DNA of 64,000 nucleotides from Spirochaetaceae bacterium (GTDB lineage: Bacteria; Spirochaetota; Spirochaetia; DSM-2461). Numbering within the stretch: position 1 is the first letter of the stretch; each line of letters opens with the position of its first letter. The notes beneath the pieces are model-generated. The model did no database searches, was not told where the DNA came from, and saw only the letters and a program-made list of their open reading frames with translations. The translations under genes and the position numbers were made by a program. Location: NCBI GenBank assembly GCA_051531975.1, contig JAOPTT010000006.1, positions 558,977 through 622,976 of the forward strand, read 5' to 3'. Below, piece by piece: positions 1 through 11,417 of the stretch.

Positions 1-1672
1 CAGATTAACTGTTTGGGATTGGAAAAAAGAAAAAAAACTATATTCAATCAATTTAACTGAGTTTCCTATGTCAATAGGATTTACTGGAGGTGGCAACTAC
101 ATATTTGTAACTTCAATTTCTTCAAAACCAATAAAAATATACAATGCAAGATCAGGAGCACCTACAACCAATTTAAACAAGACAAATACATTCATTGATT
201 ATGTATATGTTGGATCTTCAGAAACATATGCTTTTTTATATTCATCCTCTGGAAAACTAGACATCAGATCTTTTCGTGATTCTAAACTAAATAGATCTGT
301 AGTAACTGAAAAAAACTTAACGAATATTTCAGTTACACCAGATAAGAAATATTTTGTTGCACAAAAAAACAATACTATTTACATAATCGTGAGAAATACT
401 GGAATAGTCTACGCAAAAAAAGAAATATCAGATTTGAGTTATTTTACCCAAAATAGTTTTACCGGTGATTTAATCTGCTATATTAATAACCGATATAAAA
501 AATCAATTAGTATCCTACAAATTGTCGCTGGAGATTTTTTTGAATCATCATCTACTGATATATTAGTCAAAAACCCCATAGATAAAATGTGCTTTGCTAA
601 TAACTCTATAATATATACTGATATAAAAGGTAATTTAATAAAATACGATCTATGGAGTAAAGAATCTTCAATATTCCTCAACAATGATATTATTGATATT
701 CAGGATATAACAATTATAAACGACACTGCACTATTATCTACAAACGATAAGATTTATAGTTTCAAATCCCCATTTTTTAGTGATAAAATTAAAAATACTC
801 GAAGATTATTAAACTTTACTATAGAACAATTTGATTCACCAATCAAAAATCCAGTTGGCAGTATTAATTATAATAAAAGTCTTATAATCTGGAATGATTC
901 AATAGCTCGCCTAGATTTAGAAACCGGTGAGACTATTTTTAACCACATGCTTACATCAGAAATAGTTGATGTAAAAATTTTAGAAAACCAAATGATATGT
1001 TTAGATAAAAATGGATACATTAAGATTATAAATTTAATTACTAACGATGTTACTTTTACTTTTAAATCACCAGGTTTTACTTCCATTTCATTTTATGATA
1101 ATAATGAAATAATTGGGGGGATTAATAGCTCATTAGGTGGATCACTAATGACTGTTGATACAATAACAAAAGAAACCCAACCAATAAAAACTTCATTAGA
1201 TGTAGTATTTGAAATTGTGCAAAGTAAAAAGTCATATATCGTTTATTTATTAGGAACAAAAAAATTAAATGGTAATAATATTACAAGGTTTATCGAATAT
1301 AACCTTTTAACCAAACAAGAACGAATTCTGTTAAAGCAAGATACTGAAGAGTTATATTCAAGTTTTGAAATAGATAATAACGGAAATATATATACAAACT
1401 TAAGTAGTAAATCCTTAATAAAGATAAATTCACAAACTAGAAAAATAAAACCATTTGAAACGACAACTAATCAAACTAAAAATATTCTATTTGAGAATGG
1501 TGGTATTTTTACTATCAATGAGAATAAGTCTCTTTCTATATGGAATCCTTCTACAGGTAAGAAACTAATAGATTTCTATTTGTTCAAAGACGACGAATGG
1601 GTTGCAATATCTAAAGATGGTATTTCAGCTATAGGTTCAAATAATTCTGATAAATATATCAGTTCAAACTAA
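1..1672 (+). CDS. WD40/beta-propeller repeat protein, 5'-truncated by the window edge
   Basis: Frame is open from base 2 (RLTVWDW...) into the 534-aa ORF; repeated beta-rich units ending in IWN/VWD-like motifs. Confidence 0.65.
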   Translation, partial: RLTVWDWKKEKKLYSINLTEFPMSIGFTGGGNYIFVTSISSKPIKIYNARSGAPTTNLNKTNTFIDYVYVGSSETYAFLYSSSGKLDIRSFRDSKLNRSVVTEKNLTNISVTPDKKYFVAQKNNTIYIIVRNTGIVYAKKEISDLSYFTQNSFTGDLICYINNRYKKSISILQIVAGDFFESSSTDILVKNPIDKMCFANNSIIYTDIKGNLIKYDLWSKESSIFLNNDIIDIQDITIINDTALLSTNDKIYSFKSPFFSDKIKNTRRLLNFTIEQFDSPIKNPVGSINYNKSLIIWNDSIARLDLETGETIFNHMLTSEIVDVKILENQMICLDKNGYIKIINLITNDVTFTFKSPGFTSISFYDNNEIIGGINSSLGGSLMTVDTITKETQPIKTSLDVVFEIVQSKKSYIVYLLGTKKLNGNNITRFIEYNLLTKQERILLKQDTEELYSSFEIDNNGNIYTNLSSKSLIKINSQTRKIKPFETTTNQTKNILFENGGIFTINENKSLSIWNPSTGKKLIDFYLFKDDEWVAISKDGISAIGSNNSDKYISSN

Positions 1673-2900
1673 TTATTTTTCTGTATAAACTCTTTATTAA
1701 ATATATTGGAAACATTTCAGTTCCCCCTCTCTTTTGTGGAGGGGTTAAATTTAATCTTATTTTAGTACTATCTTTAAAATAACCTTCAAAACTTTCAAAA
1801 CTTTTTAGTTTACCACTAGAATCATTTTTAACTTCAATTCCGGAAACTTTATTTTCCCGAACTAATAAAAACTCAATTTTAGACATATTATGAATCCATG
1901 AATAAATCTCTATATTTCCTGAGGAAAAAAGTTCTGTTGCAACATAATTATTACATATACCACTTAATATTGAATTGGATAATAGACCATCTGATAAATA
2001 TAAAACTTCTGGTATATCTGAAATTGCTCCTAAAAGTCCTACATCAGCGAAATAAGTAATAATTGAGTTTTCATTAAATTTAAAATCTTTCTGCTTTATA
2101 ATTGGTGAAATATAAATTAAATTTAAATTTTCTAAGCTTGTAAAATATTTTTTAAAAGATTTAAATCGTGTTGATTCTGAAATATCGGATAGCTTAAATT
2201 TACGATTATCTCTTACAAGATTAGTATATATTAATTGGATAACTTTTATTAGATTTTTATAATCAGTTGTTTTATAATAATTTGATAAATTTGAATAAAT
2301 ATTTTTAAGTAAATATTTTTGTTCTTGCCTAACTTCATCAAATTTAAGACCTTTTTCTATATATAACTCTATAACACTAGGCATACCACCTACTATTAAA
2401 TAATGACTGAAATAAAACATAATTTTATTATTAAAGTTAATATCAATATCATTTACATTATTTAGAGTAGCAAATATTTTATATAATTCAATATTTACAT
2501 TATAGAGGAACTCCTCAAAACTTAATGGAAAAAGTACCAAATATTTAACAGCTAAAGGTTTTGTATCCCCTCGACCTTCTTTAATAAATGAATCAATTAT
2601 TATGAAATACAATTCAGGGAATTTTATTGATAGCTGATTAATATCAGATAGCTTATCTCTACTACCATTTAAATTATCTATAATAACTAAACTTAATGAG
2701 GGTAAATTTATAATCTCTTTTGTTATAAATTCAATATCTGAAGTTGATGAATCTATATACAAATTGAAGTTAAACTCACTATCTCCAAATTCTTTAATTA
2801 ATGTAGTTTTACCTACCCCTGTTATACCACCCAATATCAAAAACCGACTATTACCACTATTCTTCCATTGTAATAACTGGTTATATGCAAATCTATTCAT
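1659..2900 (-). CDS. AAA+ ATPase with DUF4143-like C-terminal domain
   Basis: Walker A GITGVGKT; PLSFEEFL, GGMP, YFADVGLL and C-terminal IEVK motifs typical of AAA_14/DUF4143 proteins. Confidence 0.8.
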   Translation of the reverse strand: MNRFAYNQLLQWKNSGNSRFLILGGITGVGKTTLIKEFGDSEFNFNLYIDSSTSDIEFITKEIINLPSLSLVIIDNLNGSRDKLSDINQLSIKFPELYFIIIDSFIKEGRGDTKPLAVKYLVLFPLSFEEFLYNVNIELYKIFATLNNVNDIDINFNNKIMFYFSHYLIVGGMPSVIELYIEKGLKFDEVRQEQKYLLKNIYSNLSNYYKTTDYKNLIKVIQLIYTNLVRDNRKFKLSDISESTRFKSFKKYFTSLENLNLIYISPIIKQKDFKFNENSIITYFADVGLLGAISDIPEVLYLSDGLLSNSILSGICNNYVATELFSSGNIEIYSWIHNMSKIEFLLVRENKVSGIEVKNDSSGKLKSFESFEGYFKDSTKIRLNLTPPQKRGGTEMFPIYLIKSLYRKIISLN

Positions 2901-3046
2901 GATTTAGTTTATAACGGTTTTTAATAGGAAACAACCACCTATTAAAAAGAAGTACTACATTGACCTAACCTATTAAGAAATATTATATTTAATAAACATA
3001 TTTTTAGGAAATCAATTGCTTGATAGCAAAAATAATAGGAGATAAA

Positions 3047-4705
3047 ATGACCAATCTTTCCCCATTACAAAAGCTTAGATATGAGTATCAACCTAAGCTT
3101 CCGACAGTATTAAAAGGTGATGTTAATAACATTGCAGTAGAATTAGGAGCTCCAACAGAGTCAATCGCAGATCAAGCTGAAGTAAAAGACCTTTTCAAGA
3201 AAACATATGGTCTTCCAGTTGCAAAATTCGTTGAAGGATCAAATCCAAATGCCGGGAAAAAAATTAATGTAGGTGTTATATTATCTGGTGGACAGGCTCC
3301 AGGTGGACATAATGTAATTGCCGGAATCTACGATGGTGTAAAAAACGGAAATAAAGAGTCTAAAGTTTACGGTTTTCAGGGTGGACCTGCTGGAATTATG
3401 AAAGGTAATCTTGTAGAGATTACTCCAGCATTTATGGATGAGTATAGAAACACAGGTGGTTTCGATATGATCGGTTCTGGTCGAGACAAACTAGAATCAA
3501 GAGAGCATTTTGATATGGCAGAAGCAACATGTAATAAATATGATATTAGTTCTGTAATTATTATTGGTGGTGATGACTCTAATACAAATGGAGCTGTTTT
3601 AGCAGAGCATTTTGCAGCTACTAATGCTGGTATTACTGTTGTTGGTTGCCCAAAAACTATTGATGGTGACTTAAAAAATGAGCATATTGAAACTTCTTTT
3701 GGTTTTGATACAGCTTGTAAAACATATTCTGAGTTAATTGGTAACATTCAAAGAGATGCTAACTCTGCAAAGAAATATTGGCATTTTATAAAATTAATGG
3801 GTCGAAGTGCATCACATATCGGTTTAGAGTGTGCTTTAGAAACTCAACCAAATATCTGTATTATTTCAGAAGAAGTTGAAGCACAAAACAAAACATTAAA
3901 CCAAGTTGTTGACGATCTAATTAAAACTATAGTTACTAGATCTAATAATGGAGAAAACTTTGGTGTTGCTTTAATACCAGAGGGTTTAATTGAGTTTATT
4001 CCAGAAATGAAAGTACTTATTTCTGAACTTAATAACTTATTAGCTATTGAAGCTGATATTTATGCTAAAGTTGAAGGATTTGATAACCAAGTTAAATGGA
4101 TATTAGAAAAATTAACAAAGGCTGCTGCAGATGTATTTGCAACTCTTCCAAAAGGAATCCAAGGACAATTATTAATGGATAGAGATCCACATGGTAATGT
4201 TCAAGTATCTAGAATTGAAACTGAAAAATTATTAATTGAAATGATAAATACAAAATTATCAGCTATGAAAAAAGATGGTAAGTTTAGTGGCTCATTTAGT
4301 GGTTTAAACCACTTCTTTGGTTACGAAGGTAGATGTGCATTCCCATCAAACTTCGATGCTGATTACTGTTATTCTTTAGGATACACTGCATTTTTATTAA
4401 TGAATCAAGGTTTAACTGGTTATATTTCTAATGTTAAAAACCTTGAGAAACCTTCTACAGAATGGGTTGCAGGTGGAGTACCATTAACAATGATGATGAA
4501 CATGGAACAAAGACATGGTCATATGAAGCCAGTTATCAAAAAAGCATTAGTTGAGTTAGATGGTGGTCCATTTAAAGCATTTAAAGCTGCTAGAGATGAG
4601 TGGGCAGTTAAGACTATGTACAAATTCCCAGGTGCTATACAATATTATGGCCCTACAGAAGTATGTGATCTTACTACAGAAACACTAAAATACGAAAAAG
4701 CATAA
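3047..4705 (+). CDS. pfp: Pyrophosphate-dependent phosphofructokinase (long type)
   Basis: GGQAPGG, GGDDSNT, PKTIDGD, MGRSASH, GYEGR motifs; ATG at 3047 follows an AGGAGA RBS (track start 3020 is an upstream TTG). Confidence 0.95.
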   Translation: MTNLSPLQKLRYEYQPKLPTVLKGDVNNIAVELGAPTESIADQAEVKDLFKKTYGLPVAKFVEGSNPNAGKKINVGVILSGGQAPGGHNVIAGIYDGVKNGNKESKVYGFQGGPAGIMKGNLVEITPAFMDEYRNTGGFDMIGSGRDKLESREHFDMAEATCNKYDISSVIIIGGDDSNTNGAVLAEHFAATNAGITVVGCPKTIDGDLKNEHIETSFGFDTACKTYSELIGNIQRDANSAKKYWHFIKLMGRSASHIGLECALETQPNICIISEEVEAQNKTLNQVVDDLIKTIVTRSNNGENFGVALIPEGLIEFIPEMKVLISELNNLLAIEADIYAKVEGFDNQVKWILEKLTKAAADVFATLPKGIQGQLLMDRDPHGNVQVSRIETEKLLIEMINTKLSAMKKDGKFSGSFSGLNHFFGYEGRCAFPSNFDADYCYSLGYTAFLLMNQGLTGYISNVKNLEKPSTEWVAGGVPLTMMMNMEQRHGHMKPVIKKALVELDGGPFKAFKAARDEWAVKTMYKFPGAIQYYGPTEVCDLTTETLKYEKA

Positions 4706-4710
4706 AAATG

Positions 4711-4738
4711 AAGGCTGCATTTTTATGCAGCCTTTTTT
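4711..4738 (+). terminator. Intrinsic terminator after pfp
   Basis: AAGGCTGCAT-TTTT-ATGCAGCCTT hairpin followed by a T run, between convergent genes. Confidence 0.85.
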
Positions 4739-5036
4739 ATCTAATATCATGAGATGCGTTTGATGATACAAAACTAACAGCCTCATTAATCTTCTCATCG
4801 ATATCATCTTGTCTATTATCTGCATTAGCTCTAGAATATAACCCACCATATAATGAAGCACTATAATTAGGTTTTAATCTATTTAAAGCAAAACAAACAA
4901 TATCAATAATACACTCTTCACATTGGCATATTTTTTCTTCTTTATTACTTAAATTAATCTCTAATGTTTCAATCACTCTATCTTTAATTGTATTTTCAAT
5001 AATACTAAAATCATAATCTTCTTTAAACGACATCAT
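4737..5036 (-). CDS. ComFB family protein
   Basis: CQCEEC..DIVCFALNRLKPNY motif and terminal V..N..H, as in ComFB. Confidence 0.85.
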   Translation of the reverse strand: MMSFKEDYDFSIIENTIKDRVIETLEINLSNKEEKICQCEECIIDIVCFALNRLKPNYSASLYGGLYSRANADNRQDDIDEKINEAVSFVSSNASHDIR

Positions 5037-5098
5037 TTACTCCTATCATCACTATTATAATACATGTTTTGATCTATTATAAATAAAAAATCAGTAAT

Positions 5099-7336
5099 TT
5101 GCATTATTTGTTTTTTTTAAAACTATTTATATTTCTAAAATTAAGATATAAAATGTTAATTATGGTAAAAAATTTATATATAATATTTATGTTAATATTG
5201 ATCCCAATATTTTTAATTTTGACTCCTCCCCTCAAAAAAAATATTACACCTTATCAATCTACTAATAGTCATTTGTTATTACCTCAAAGAAATATAGTTA
5301 TTGTCACTTTGAGTTTAAAAGAAAACAACTTAATCTTAGATGATATTAGTACAATAAACAAATTGCATGAACTAGCTGATGTATTTAATAATATAAGAGG
5401 AATGAATAGGGTTTCTTCAATATTAAATGCTACATTTATTTCATCACATGATGACGAAATTGAAGTGAAACAGTTTATTCCGAAAAATATAAAACAGATT
5501 CGATTAACAGATCAAATAAAGGATATCTCTATTTACCCTGAGCTATCCCCATTTGTTAGTAAAAATAGGGATTCGCTACTTTTTTATCTACCTTTTGGTT
5601 ATTCTGTCTTACCTACAGATATACTTAAATCAATTGAGAACGTTCAATCTAGCTCTGATCTAAAATTTTCTTTTACAGGTAAATCACCGATAATTGCAAT
5701 TACTGAAAAATTACTCTCTAAAGATATTACAATATTTCTTCCACTACTCTTTCTTTTTGTTTTGATAATTTTTTTGGCATTTAGGTCCGTAAAAGCAATT
5801 CTCTCAGCTTGGTTAATAATATTACTTTCAGTTTCGGTCTCATATTGTTTTTTAAAATTTTTAAATATTGAAATTACACCTTTAATATTATTAGTACCAG
5901 TATTTGCATTAGGTTTGTTAAGTGATTATATAATCCATTATATTTACCATCTGTTTTATGCTCCAGGATTACAGAATTCGTTTCAAGTTAGAAAAGCTTT
6001 ATTATATCCATTAAGTTTAACTGCGTTATCAACAATTACAGGTTTTATATCATTAATATATATAAATGCATCTGGCCATATACTTTTAGGTACAATAATT
6101 GCACTCTCTGTAATTTTAACATTTATAGGTGTAGTATTATGGTTACCATATTTGAATTTTAAGGCGCCTGACAAAAATATTTTACCCAAATTTTCTTATC
6201 TTCAAAATATTTTGTTTAATAAACTATACGCTAAAAAAAATTATCTGTTTATAATACTAATATTAGGTGTAATTTGGGGAATAGTTCAACTTCCAAACCT
6301 AAAAATTGAACCATACCCTATAGAACAACTTCCCCAAAACTCTACAATTAGAGAAGCTGAGAATCTAATAAACAGAGATTTTTATGGTGCTCTGCCATTT
6401 TTTATTGAGATAGATACAGGAGAAGCTAATAGTTTTTTGAATAAAGATACTTTATTAATTTTAGATGAAATTCATAACTCTTTGGATAAGAACAAAAGTA
6501 TTGGTAATAGTAATTCTTTATTAACAGTATTAAAAAGAATAAATTATTATTTCTTAGGAGATGAAGAACCTTTACTGCAAAGTACAACCTACGATGAAAT
6601 ATATCCAGCTTTAATTGAAGGGTATTTACTTTATTATACTTCTGGTGTTGATCCTTTAGAGTACGAATCATTTGTTGACCAATCCTACCGATATTTCTCA
6701 ATTAAAGGGTATGTCAAATATTTAAATGTATCGAATTTAGATAGTTTTAATAAAACTATAGATCAAATTAAAACAACATTACCTCAAAATTGGAAATTGA
6801 GTGTGCATGGAGTTTTAGAAGAACTTGAATCTGAAAAGATTGGATTAACAAAAAATTGGATATTCTCTTTTGCATTTGGAAGTTTTTTAATTTTTATGAC
6901 AGTTTTTATATTTTATAAAAAATTAAAACTTGCATTATTATCATTATTACCAGGTTTCATTAGTATGATCTTATCATTTGGTATAATTAGTATTATGGAT
7001 ATTGCTATTGATTCATTTTCTATTATTTTTGTGGCAATAATTACTGGATTAGTTATAGATTATAGTATACATACATTATCAGCATTAGATAAAGTTAGTG
7101 AGATAAGATCTATAAAAGAGGGTTTTAATTACATTAATAGCTATAGTGGTATCCCTATCTTTTTAAGTTTTTTAACATCCTTAGCATCTTTTTCAGTACT
7201 TTTTTTATCTTCTTTTAAAGGAGCTAGAAGTTTAGGTATTTTACTTTTTGCATCTTTAATAATTTCATATATACTTAGTTTATATCTATTGCCAATAATT
7301 GTTTTACCAACAAAATTAAATAATAAGGAACAATAA
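5099..7336 (+). CDS. MMPL/RND-family transporter permease (true start may be a downstream ATG, e.g. 5162)
   Basis: Two repeats of a periplasmic domain plus TM bundle, with GLLSDYIIH and GLVIDYSIH motifs. Confidence 0.85.
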   Translation: MHYLFFLKLFIFLKLRYKMLIMVKNLYIIFMLILIPIFLILTPPLKKNITPYQSTNSHLLLPQRNIVIVTLSLKENNLILDDISTINKLHELADVFNNIRGMNRVSSILNATFISSHDDEIEVKQFIPKNIKQIRLTDQIKDISIYPELSPFVSKNRDSLLFYLPFGYSVLPTDILKSIENVQSSSDLKFSFTGKSPIIAITEKLLSKDITIFLPLLFLFVLIIFLAFRSVKAILSAWLIILLSVSVSYCFLKFLNIEITPLILLVPVFALGLLSDYIIHYIYHLFYAPGLQNSFQVRKALLYPLSLTALSTITGFISLIYINASGHILLGTIIALSVILTFIGVVLWLPYLNFKAPDKNILPKFSYLQNILFNKLYAKKNYLFIILILGVIWGIVQLPNLKIEPYPIEQLPQNSTIREAENLINRDFYGALPFFIEIDTGEANSFLNKDTLLILDEIHNSLDKNKSIGNSNSLLTVLKRINYYFLGDEEPLLQSTTYDEIYPALIEGYLLYYTSGVDPLEYESFVDQSYRYFSIKGYVKYLNVSNLDSFNKTIDQIKTTLPQNWKLSVHGVLEELESEKIGLTKNWIFSFAFGSFLIFMTVFIFYKKLKLALLSLLPGFISMILSFGIISIMDIAIDSFSIIFVAIITGLVIDYSIHTLSALDKVSEIRSIKEGFNYINSYSGIPIFLSFLTSLASFSVLFLSSFKGARSLGILLFASLIISYILSLYLLPIIVLPTKLNNKEQ

Positions 7337-8103
7337 TGAAAAAAATATATTCCACAATATTATTACTATTAACTATGACACTGTTTGGAAATCAGGTTGA
7401 CAATATTATTTCCGAGTTTGCTGATGCTATAATGATTCCCAATCTATATGGAGTTTTTACAATTGAATTAATAAGTTCTAATGGAGAAAAAAGAGAGATA
7501 CAAGCTAAAGCATATCAGAAACAAGTATCAAATAATCAGATGAATAGGTTATTTGTATTTATGTCTCCACCTTCTGTTAGAGATACTGGTTTATTAATTC
7601 ATTCATTTTATGATAAGGGTGAAAATAAAATGTGGATGTATTTGCCAATTGTAAAAAAAATAAAGAGAATCTCACTATCAACTGCTGGAGGTGGTTATTT
7701 TATGGGTAGTGATTTTTCTTATACAGATTTAATAAGTAAAAGTTCAAATAAATATATACAGGAAATGGTTGGTGAAGCTGTAATCGAAGGCCGAGAATGT
7801 TATACTATTAAAGAGTATGGAAATACAAAAGAGCAAAAAGAAGCATTAGGTTATGAATATATAATTAATTATTATGGTAAAAAAGATTCTTTTTTATATG
7901 GAAGAGATTTTTATGAATTTTCTGGAGATCTTAAAAAAACTTACAGGGTAAAAGAAGTTAAGATTTTTGGTAAATATATATATCCAATTAAAATTGAGAT
8001 GGTAAACCAACAAACTTATCATAAGTCAATTATTACAGTCGATGAAATTAGTATAGATGAGTTATCTAATAAGTATTTTTCCACAAGATATTTAAAGAAA
8101 TAG
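7336..8103 (+). CDS. Outer-membrane lipoprotein-sorting (LolA-like) protein
   Basis: Signal peptide; P..VRDTGLL, MWMYLP..KK.KRI and FMGSDFSY.D motifs; typical partner of MMPL genes. Confidence 0.85.
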   Translation: MKKIYSTILLLLTMTLFGNQVDNIISEFADAIMIPNLYGVFTIELISSNGEKREIQAKAYQKQVSNNQMNRLFVFMSPPSVRDTGLLIHSFYDKGENKMWMYLPIVKKIKRISLSTAGGGYFMGSDFSYTDLISKSSNKYIQEMVGEAVIEGRECYTIKEYGNTKEQKEALGYEYIINYYGKKDSFLYGRDFYEFSGDLKKTYRVKEVKIFGKYIYPIKIEMVNQQTYHKSIITVDEISIDELSNKYFSTRYLKK

Positions 8104-8110
8104 GATACAT

Positions 8111-9349
8111 ATGAAGAGAATATATTTAATTTTTATTATGCTATTTATCTCTTATAATCTTTATTCTCAAGAAATAAGAGTAACAACATTTTCAGATCTA
8201 TTTATTCAGATAGAACCAGAATCAGAATATGAATTGTTAAGGCAGAGAAACTACTTTAGACCTGAGTTTAATGTCGACCTACTTGATGACATTGCTTCCT
8301 TCAATATTTCGGGAGAATTTTATTATGATCACTTTGATGATCAGGTAACCCCAGATCCCTTTAATATTTTAAGAGAATTCTACTTTTCTTTCTATTTACC
8401 CTTATCGGATATCTTTATTGGACAAAAATACATAACAAAAGGTAAAGCAGATGTATTTAGTCCTTTAAACATCTTTAATGCGTCATACAAAGAACTTCTT
8501 AGCCTAGATGATCAATATCAAAGTAAACTGCCAGAAGTTGTCTTAGAGCTTAATTATTATTTAAACGATGATAGTTCTTTGGAATTTATTTACATACCAT
8601 TTCCAAGAACTGATTACCAAGGTACTGGGGAAATTGATATAACGTTAAATAATATTGATTATCTATTTAATAAAGAGTCTGACCCATATTTAATGGAGGA
8701 CTCACATTCATTTTTTTTAACATATAATTTATATGGATTCAATTTTGATACACAAATAACTTATGCGAACTATGTTGATGGGAACTACAATTTTTTAATT
8801 GACTCAGATACAAATAATATAACAAAAATATATAATCGTGTTCAAACTATTGGTGGATCAGTAAGTACAAGCCTTGGTCCTATAGCATTAACAGAGGAAT
8901 TAGCATTTAATTTAACAGAAAATTTTGGTGGAGATGATATCGGAATTAAAAACTCAGATATAACTCTAAATACTCAATTAATGCATCCATTGTTTGGTCG
9001 TACTTATGCACAAATAAATATTATTTACCAGTATATATTTGACTTCTCTGAAGATGGTGAATTAGAGGCTGCAATCAATGATGTACATCTACAACCTACA
9101 GATAATATACTGTTCTTTATTGCCCATTTACATGACAGCTTTTTTAGAGAAAAGCTATATATTGGTCTGAATTTAGGTTTTTTCTTCTCTGATGATATTT
9201 ATGTTGCACCAAGAATTAATTATTCAGTTTCTGATAATATCACTATCGAAAGTGGTATAAATATGTTTACAGGGTCATATGAAAATAAATTATTAGAAAA
9301 TAATCTAGGTGGAGATACTCTATTTCTTAGAATCAAGTATCAGTATTGA
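8111..9349 (+). CDS. Putative outer-membrane beta-barrel protein (DUF1302-like position in MMPL-LolA operon)
   Basis: Signal peptide, GKADVFSP motif, alternating beta pattern ending LRIKYQY; operon context. Confidence 0.6.
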   Translation: MKRIYLIFIMLFISYNLYSQEIRVTTFSDLFIQIEPESEYELLRQRNYFRPEFNVDLLDDIASFNISGEFYYDHFDDQVTPDPFNILREFYFSFYLPLSDIFIGQKYITKGKADVFSPLNIFNASYKELLSLDDQYQSKLPEVVLELNYYLNDDSSLEFIYIPFPRTDYQGTGEIDITLNNIDYLFNKESDPYLMEDSHSFFLTYNLYGFNFDTQITYANYVDGNYNFLIDSDTNNITKIYNRVQTIGGSVSTSLGPIALTEELAFNLTENFGGDDIGIKNSDITLNTQLMHPLFGRTYAQINIIYQYIFDFSEDGELEAAINDVHLQPTDNILFFIAHLHDSFFREKLYIGLNLGFFFSDDIYVAPRINYSVSDNITIESGINMFTGSYENKLLENNLGGDTLFLRIKYQY

Positions 9350-9530
9350 CAATTAGCACTTATGTGTATGACGGACAATTAGCACTTATGTGTATGCCAG
9401 ACAATTAGCACTTATGTGTATGACAGACAATTAGCACTTATGTGTATGACAGACAATTAGCACTTATGTGTATGACAGACAATTAGCACTTATGTGTATG
9501 ACAGACAATTAGCACTTATGTGCTAATTGT
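9348..9530. repeat. 26-bp tandem repeat (about 6.7 copies) ending in a perfect hairpin
   Basis: GACAATTAGCACTTATGTGTATGACA units start at 9348, 9374, 9400, 9426, 9452, 9478, 9504; the last forms ACAATTAGCAC-TTAT-GTGCTAATTGT. Confidence 0.95.
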
Positions 9531-10866
9531 TATCATAGGCCAGTGGTTCAAACCTGGTATAATGAGGAATGAATGCCATTCTAATAGTTCCTACAGGACC
9601 ATTTCTCTGCTTTGCAATAATAAGTTCAGTTTCTATTGAATCTGGTGGTCCATCATCGCTATCGATGTGTCTCTCTCTATGTAAAAACATAACCATATCA
9701 GCATCCTGCTCAATAGATCCCGACTCTCTTATGTCTGCAAGTCCCGGAGCTTTACCTTCAGACTGTCTACCAACCTGGGATAAAACGATTACTGGGATAT
9801 CGAGTTCTCTTGCTAGAGCTTTTAAGGATTTACTTATCTCAGATACCTGTTCATGTTTTGGTATTTTATTATTTTCAGATGATATTAAACCTATATAATC
9901 AATAAATATAATTTTAACGTCATGTTTTGACTTCATCCTTCTTGCCTGGGCTCGAAGTTCTAAAAGGGTTATGTTTGGAGTATCATCTATATAGAGCGGA
10001 GAGTCGTATATTCGTCCAGCGGCATCAGTTAAAAGGTGAAAATCCGAATTTTTTAAGAATCCTGATCTTATTCTCTGAGATTCAATTTTCGCTTCTGCAG
10101 CTATAACCCTTTGCATTAATGACTCAGCTGACATCTCTAAAGTAAAAAAGCCTGTAGATATCTTTTGTTTAATAGCGGTATTAGCAGCTAAAGTCAAAGC
10201 AAATGCAGTTTTACCGACTGAAGGTCTTGCACCAATTATTACCATTTCCTGATTCTGAAAACCACTTGTCATATCATCCAAAGAGTTAAAACCTGATGGT
10301 ACACCAGTATATGTATCCTTAGTCTGATACCTCTTCTCTATCGCTTCTACAGTAGCCTGTACAACTTCTTTAGCGTCTTTGTATCTATTTGTCTGTTGTT
10401 TATCATTAATATCAAAAATAGCTTTCTCGGCATTTTCAACAATTAATTTAGAATCTTCAGTCTCATCGTGGGCATTTGAAATTATGGAATGTGCTACACT
10501 TATTAAATTTCTCCGAACTGCGCATTCAGAAACTATTTTAGCATAATAATTTACATTTGCTGCAGTTGGTACAGAACTTGTTAGTGTAGCAATGTAACCT
10601 GGGCCACCAGATTTATCTAGTTCACCTTTAGATGTTAAGTGGTCAACTAATGTAACTAAATCGACAGCACTACCATTACTTGATAGATCAATAATTGCTT
10701 GAAATACAATTCTATGTGCATTTTGATAAAAATCCGAGGGTTTAACGTACTCTAATACGTTATCTAATACTTCAGTATTAAAATTTAAGAGCAACGCCCC
10801 TATAGAAGCCTTCTCGGCTTCTAAATTATGGGGCGCAGTCTTATCCTTAAGTGAATTAAGGTTCAT
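9523..10866 (-). CDS. dnaB: Replicative DNA helicase
   Basis: PHNLEAE, GARPSVGKT, IDYIGL, DIRESGSIEQDAD, KQRNGP motifs. Confidence 0.97.
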   Translation of the reverse strand: MNLNSLKDKTAPHNLEAEKASIGALLLNFNTEVLDNVLEYVKPSDFYQNAHRIVFQAIIDLSSNGSAVDLVTLVDHLTSKGELDKSGGPGYIATLTSSVPTAANVNYYAKIVSECAVRRNLISVAHSIISNAHDETEDSKLIVENAEKAIFDINDKQQTNRYKDAKEVVQATVEAIEKRYQTKDTYTGVPSGFNSLDDMTSGFQNQEMVIIGARPSVGKTAFALTLAANTAIKQKISTGFFTLEMSAESLMQRVIAAEAKIESQRIRSGFLKNSDFHLLTDAAGRIYDSPLYIDDTPNITLLELRAQARRMKSKHDVKIIFIDYIGLISSENNKIPKHEQVSEISKSLKALARELDIPVIVLSQVGRQSEGKAPGLADIRESGSIEQDADMVMFLHRERHIDSDDGPPDSIETELIIAKQRNGPVGTIRMAFIPHYTRFEPLAYDNN

Positions 10867-11402
10867 TATTCAGCAGAATCAGTAGTAGGTTCAACTTCAG
10901 CTGGAGCTTCAACAGGAGCTTCAACTTTTTCTTCTTCTACAACTTTTTTTGCTTCTTCAATTGGAGCAACAGTTAATTTTAACTTTGCAGATTCATTTCC
11001 GTAAAGTTTAATTTCAATACTGTATGTACCAATTACTTTAATGTTATGTCCAGGAACTTCTACTTTCTTACGTTCAACAGAAATACCTTTCTTTGTTAAC
11101 TCTTCAACAACTGTTGCATTGTTAACAGAACCAAAAAGTTTACCTTTTTCACCAACAGGCATTTTAATAGTTAACTCTTCTGATTCAATTTTTTCTCTAA
11201 GAGAAAGAGCAGCTTTTCTCTTCTCTTCTTTTAATTTCTCAATAGTTCTTTTTCTTTGCTCAAGAACTGTTAAGTTTGCTTTGTTGCATAGTACGGCTAA
11301 CTTATTTGGAATTAAATAGTTTCTAGCGTAACCATCTGCAACTACTTTAATATCACCTTCTTCACCTAGGTTAAGAACGTCTTTTGATAAAATAATTTTC
11401 AT
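10866..11402 (-). CDS. rplI: 50S ribosomal protein L9
   Basis: MKIIL..DV.NLG..G...V..GYARNYLIP; KLFGSV. Confidence 0.97.
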   Translation of the reverse strand: MKIILSKDVLNLGEEGDIKVVADGYARNYLIPNKLAVLCNKANLTVLEQRKRTIEKLKEEKRKAALSLREKIESEELTIKMPVGEKGKLFGSVNNATVVEELTKKGISVERKKVEVPGHNIKVIGTYSIEIKLYGNESAKLKLTVAPIEEAKKVVEEEKVEAPVEAPAEVEPTTDSAE

Positions 11403-11417
11403 AATGATCCCCTAAAC

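Noticed and set aside
9348..9530. CRISPR array
   Set aside because: Units are head-to-tail with no unique spacers, and no cas genes are in the window.
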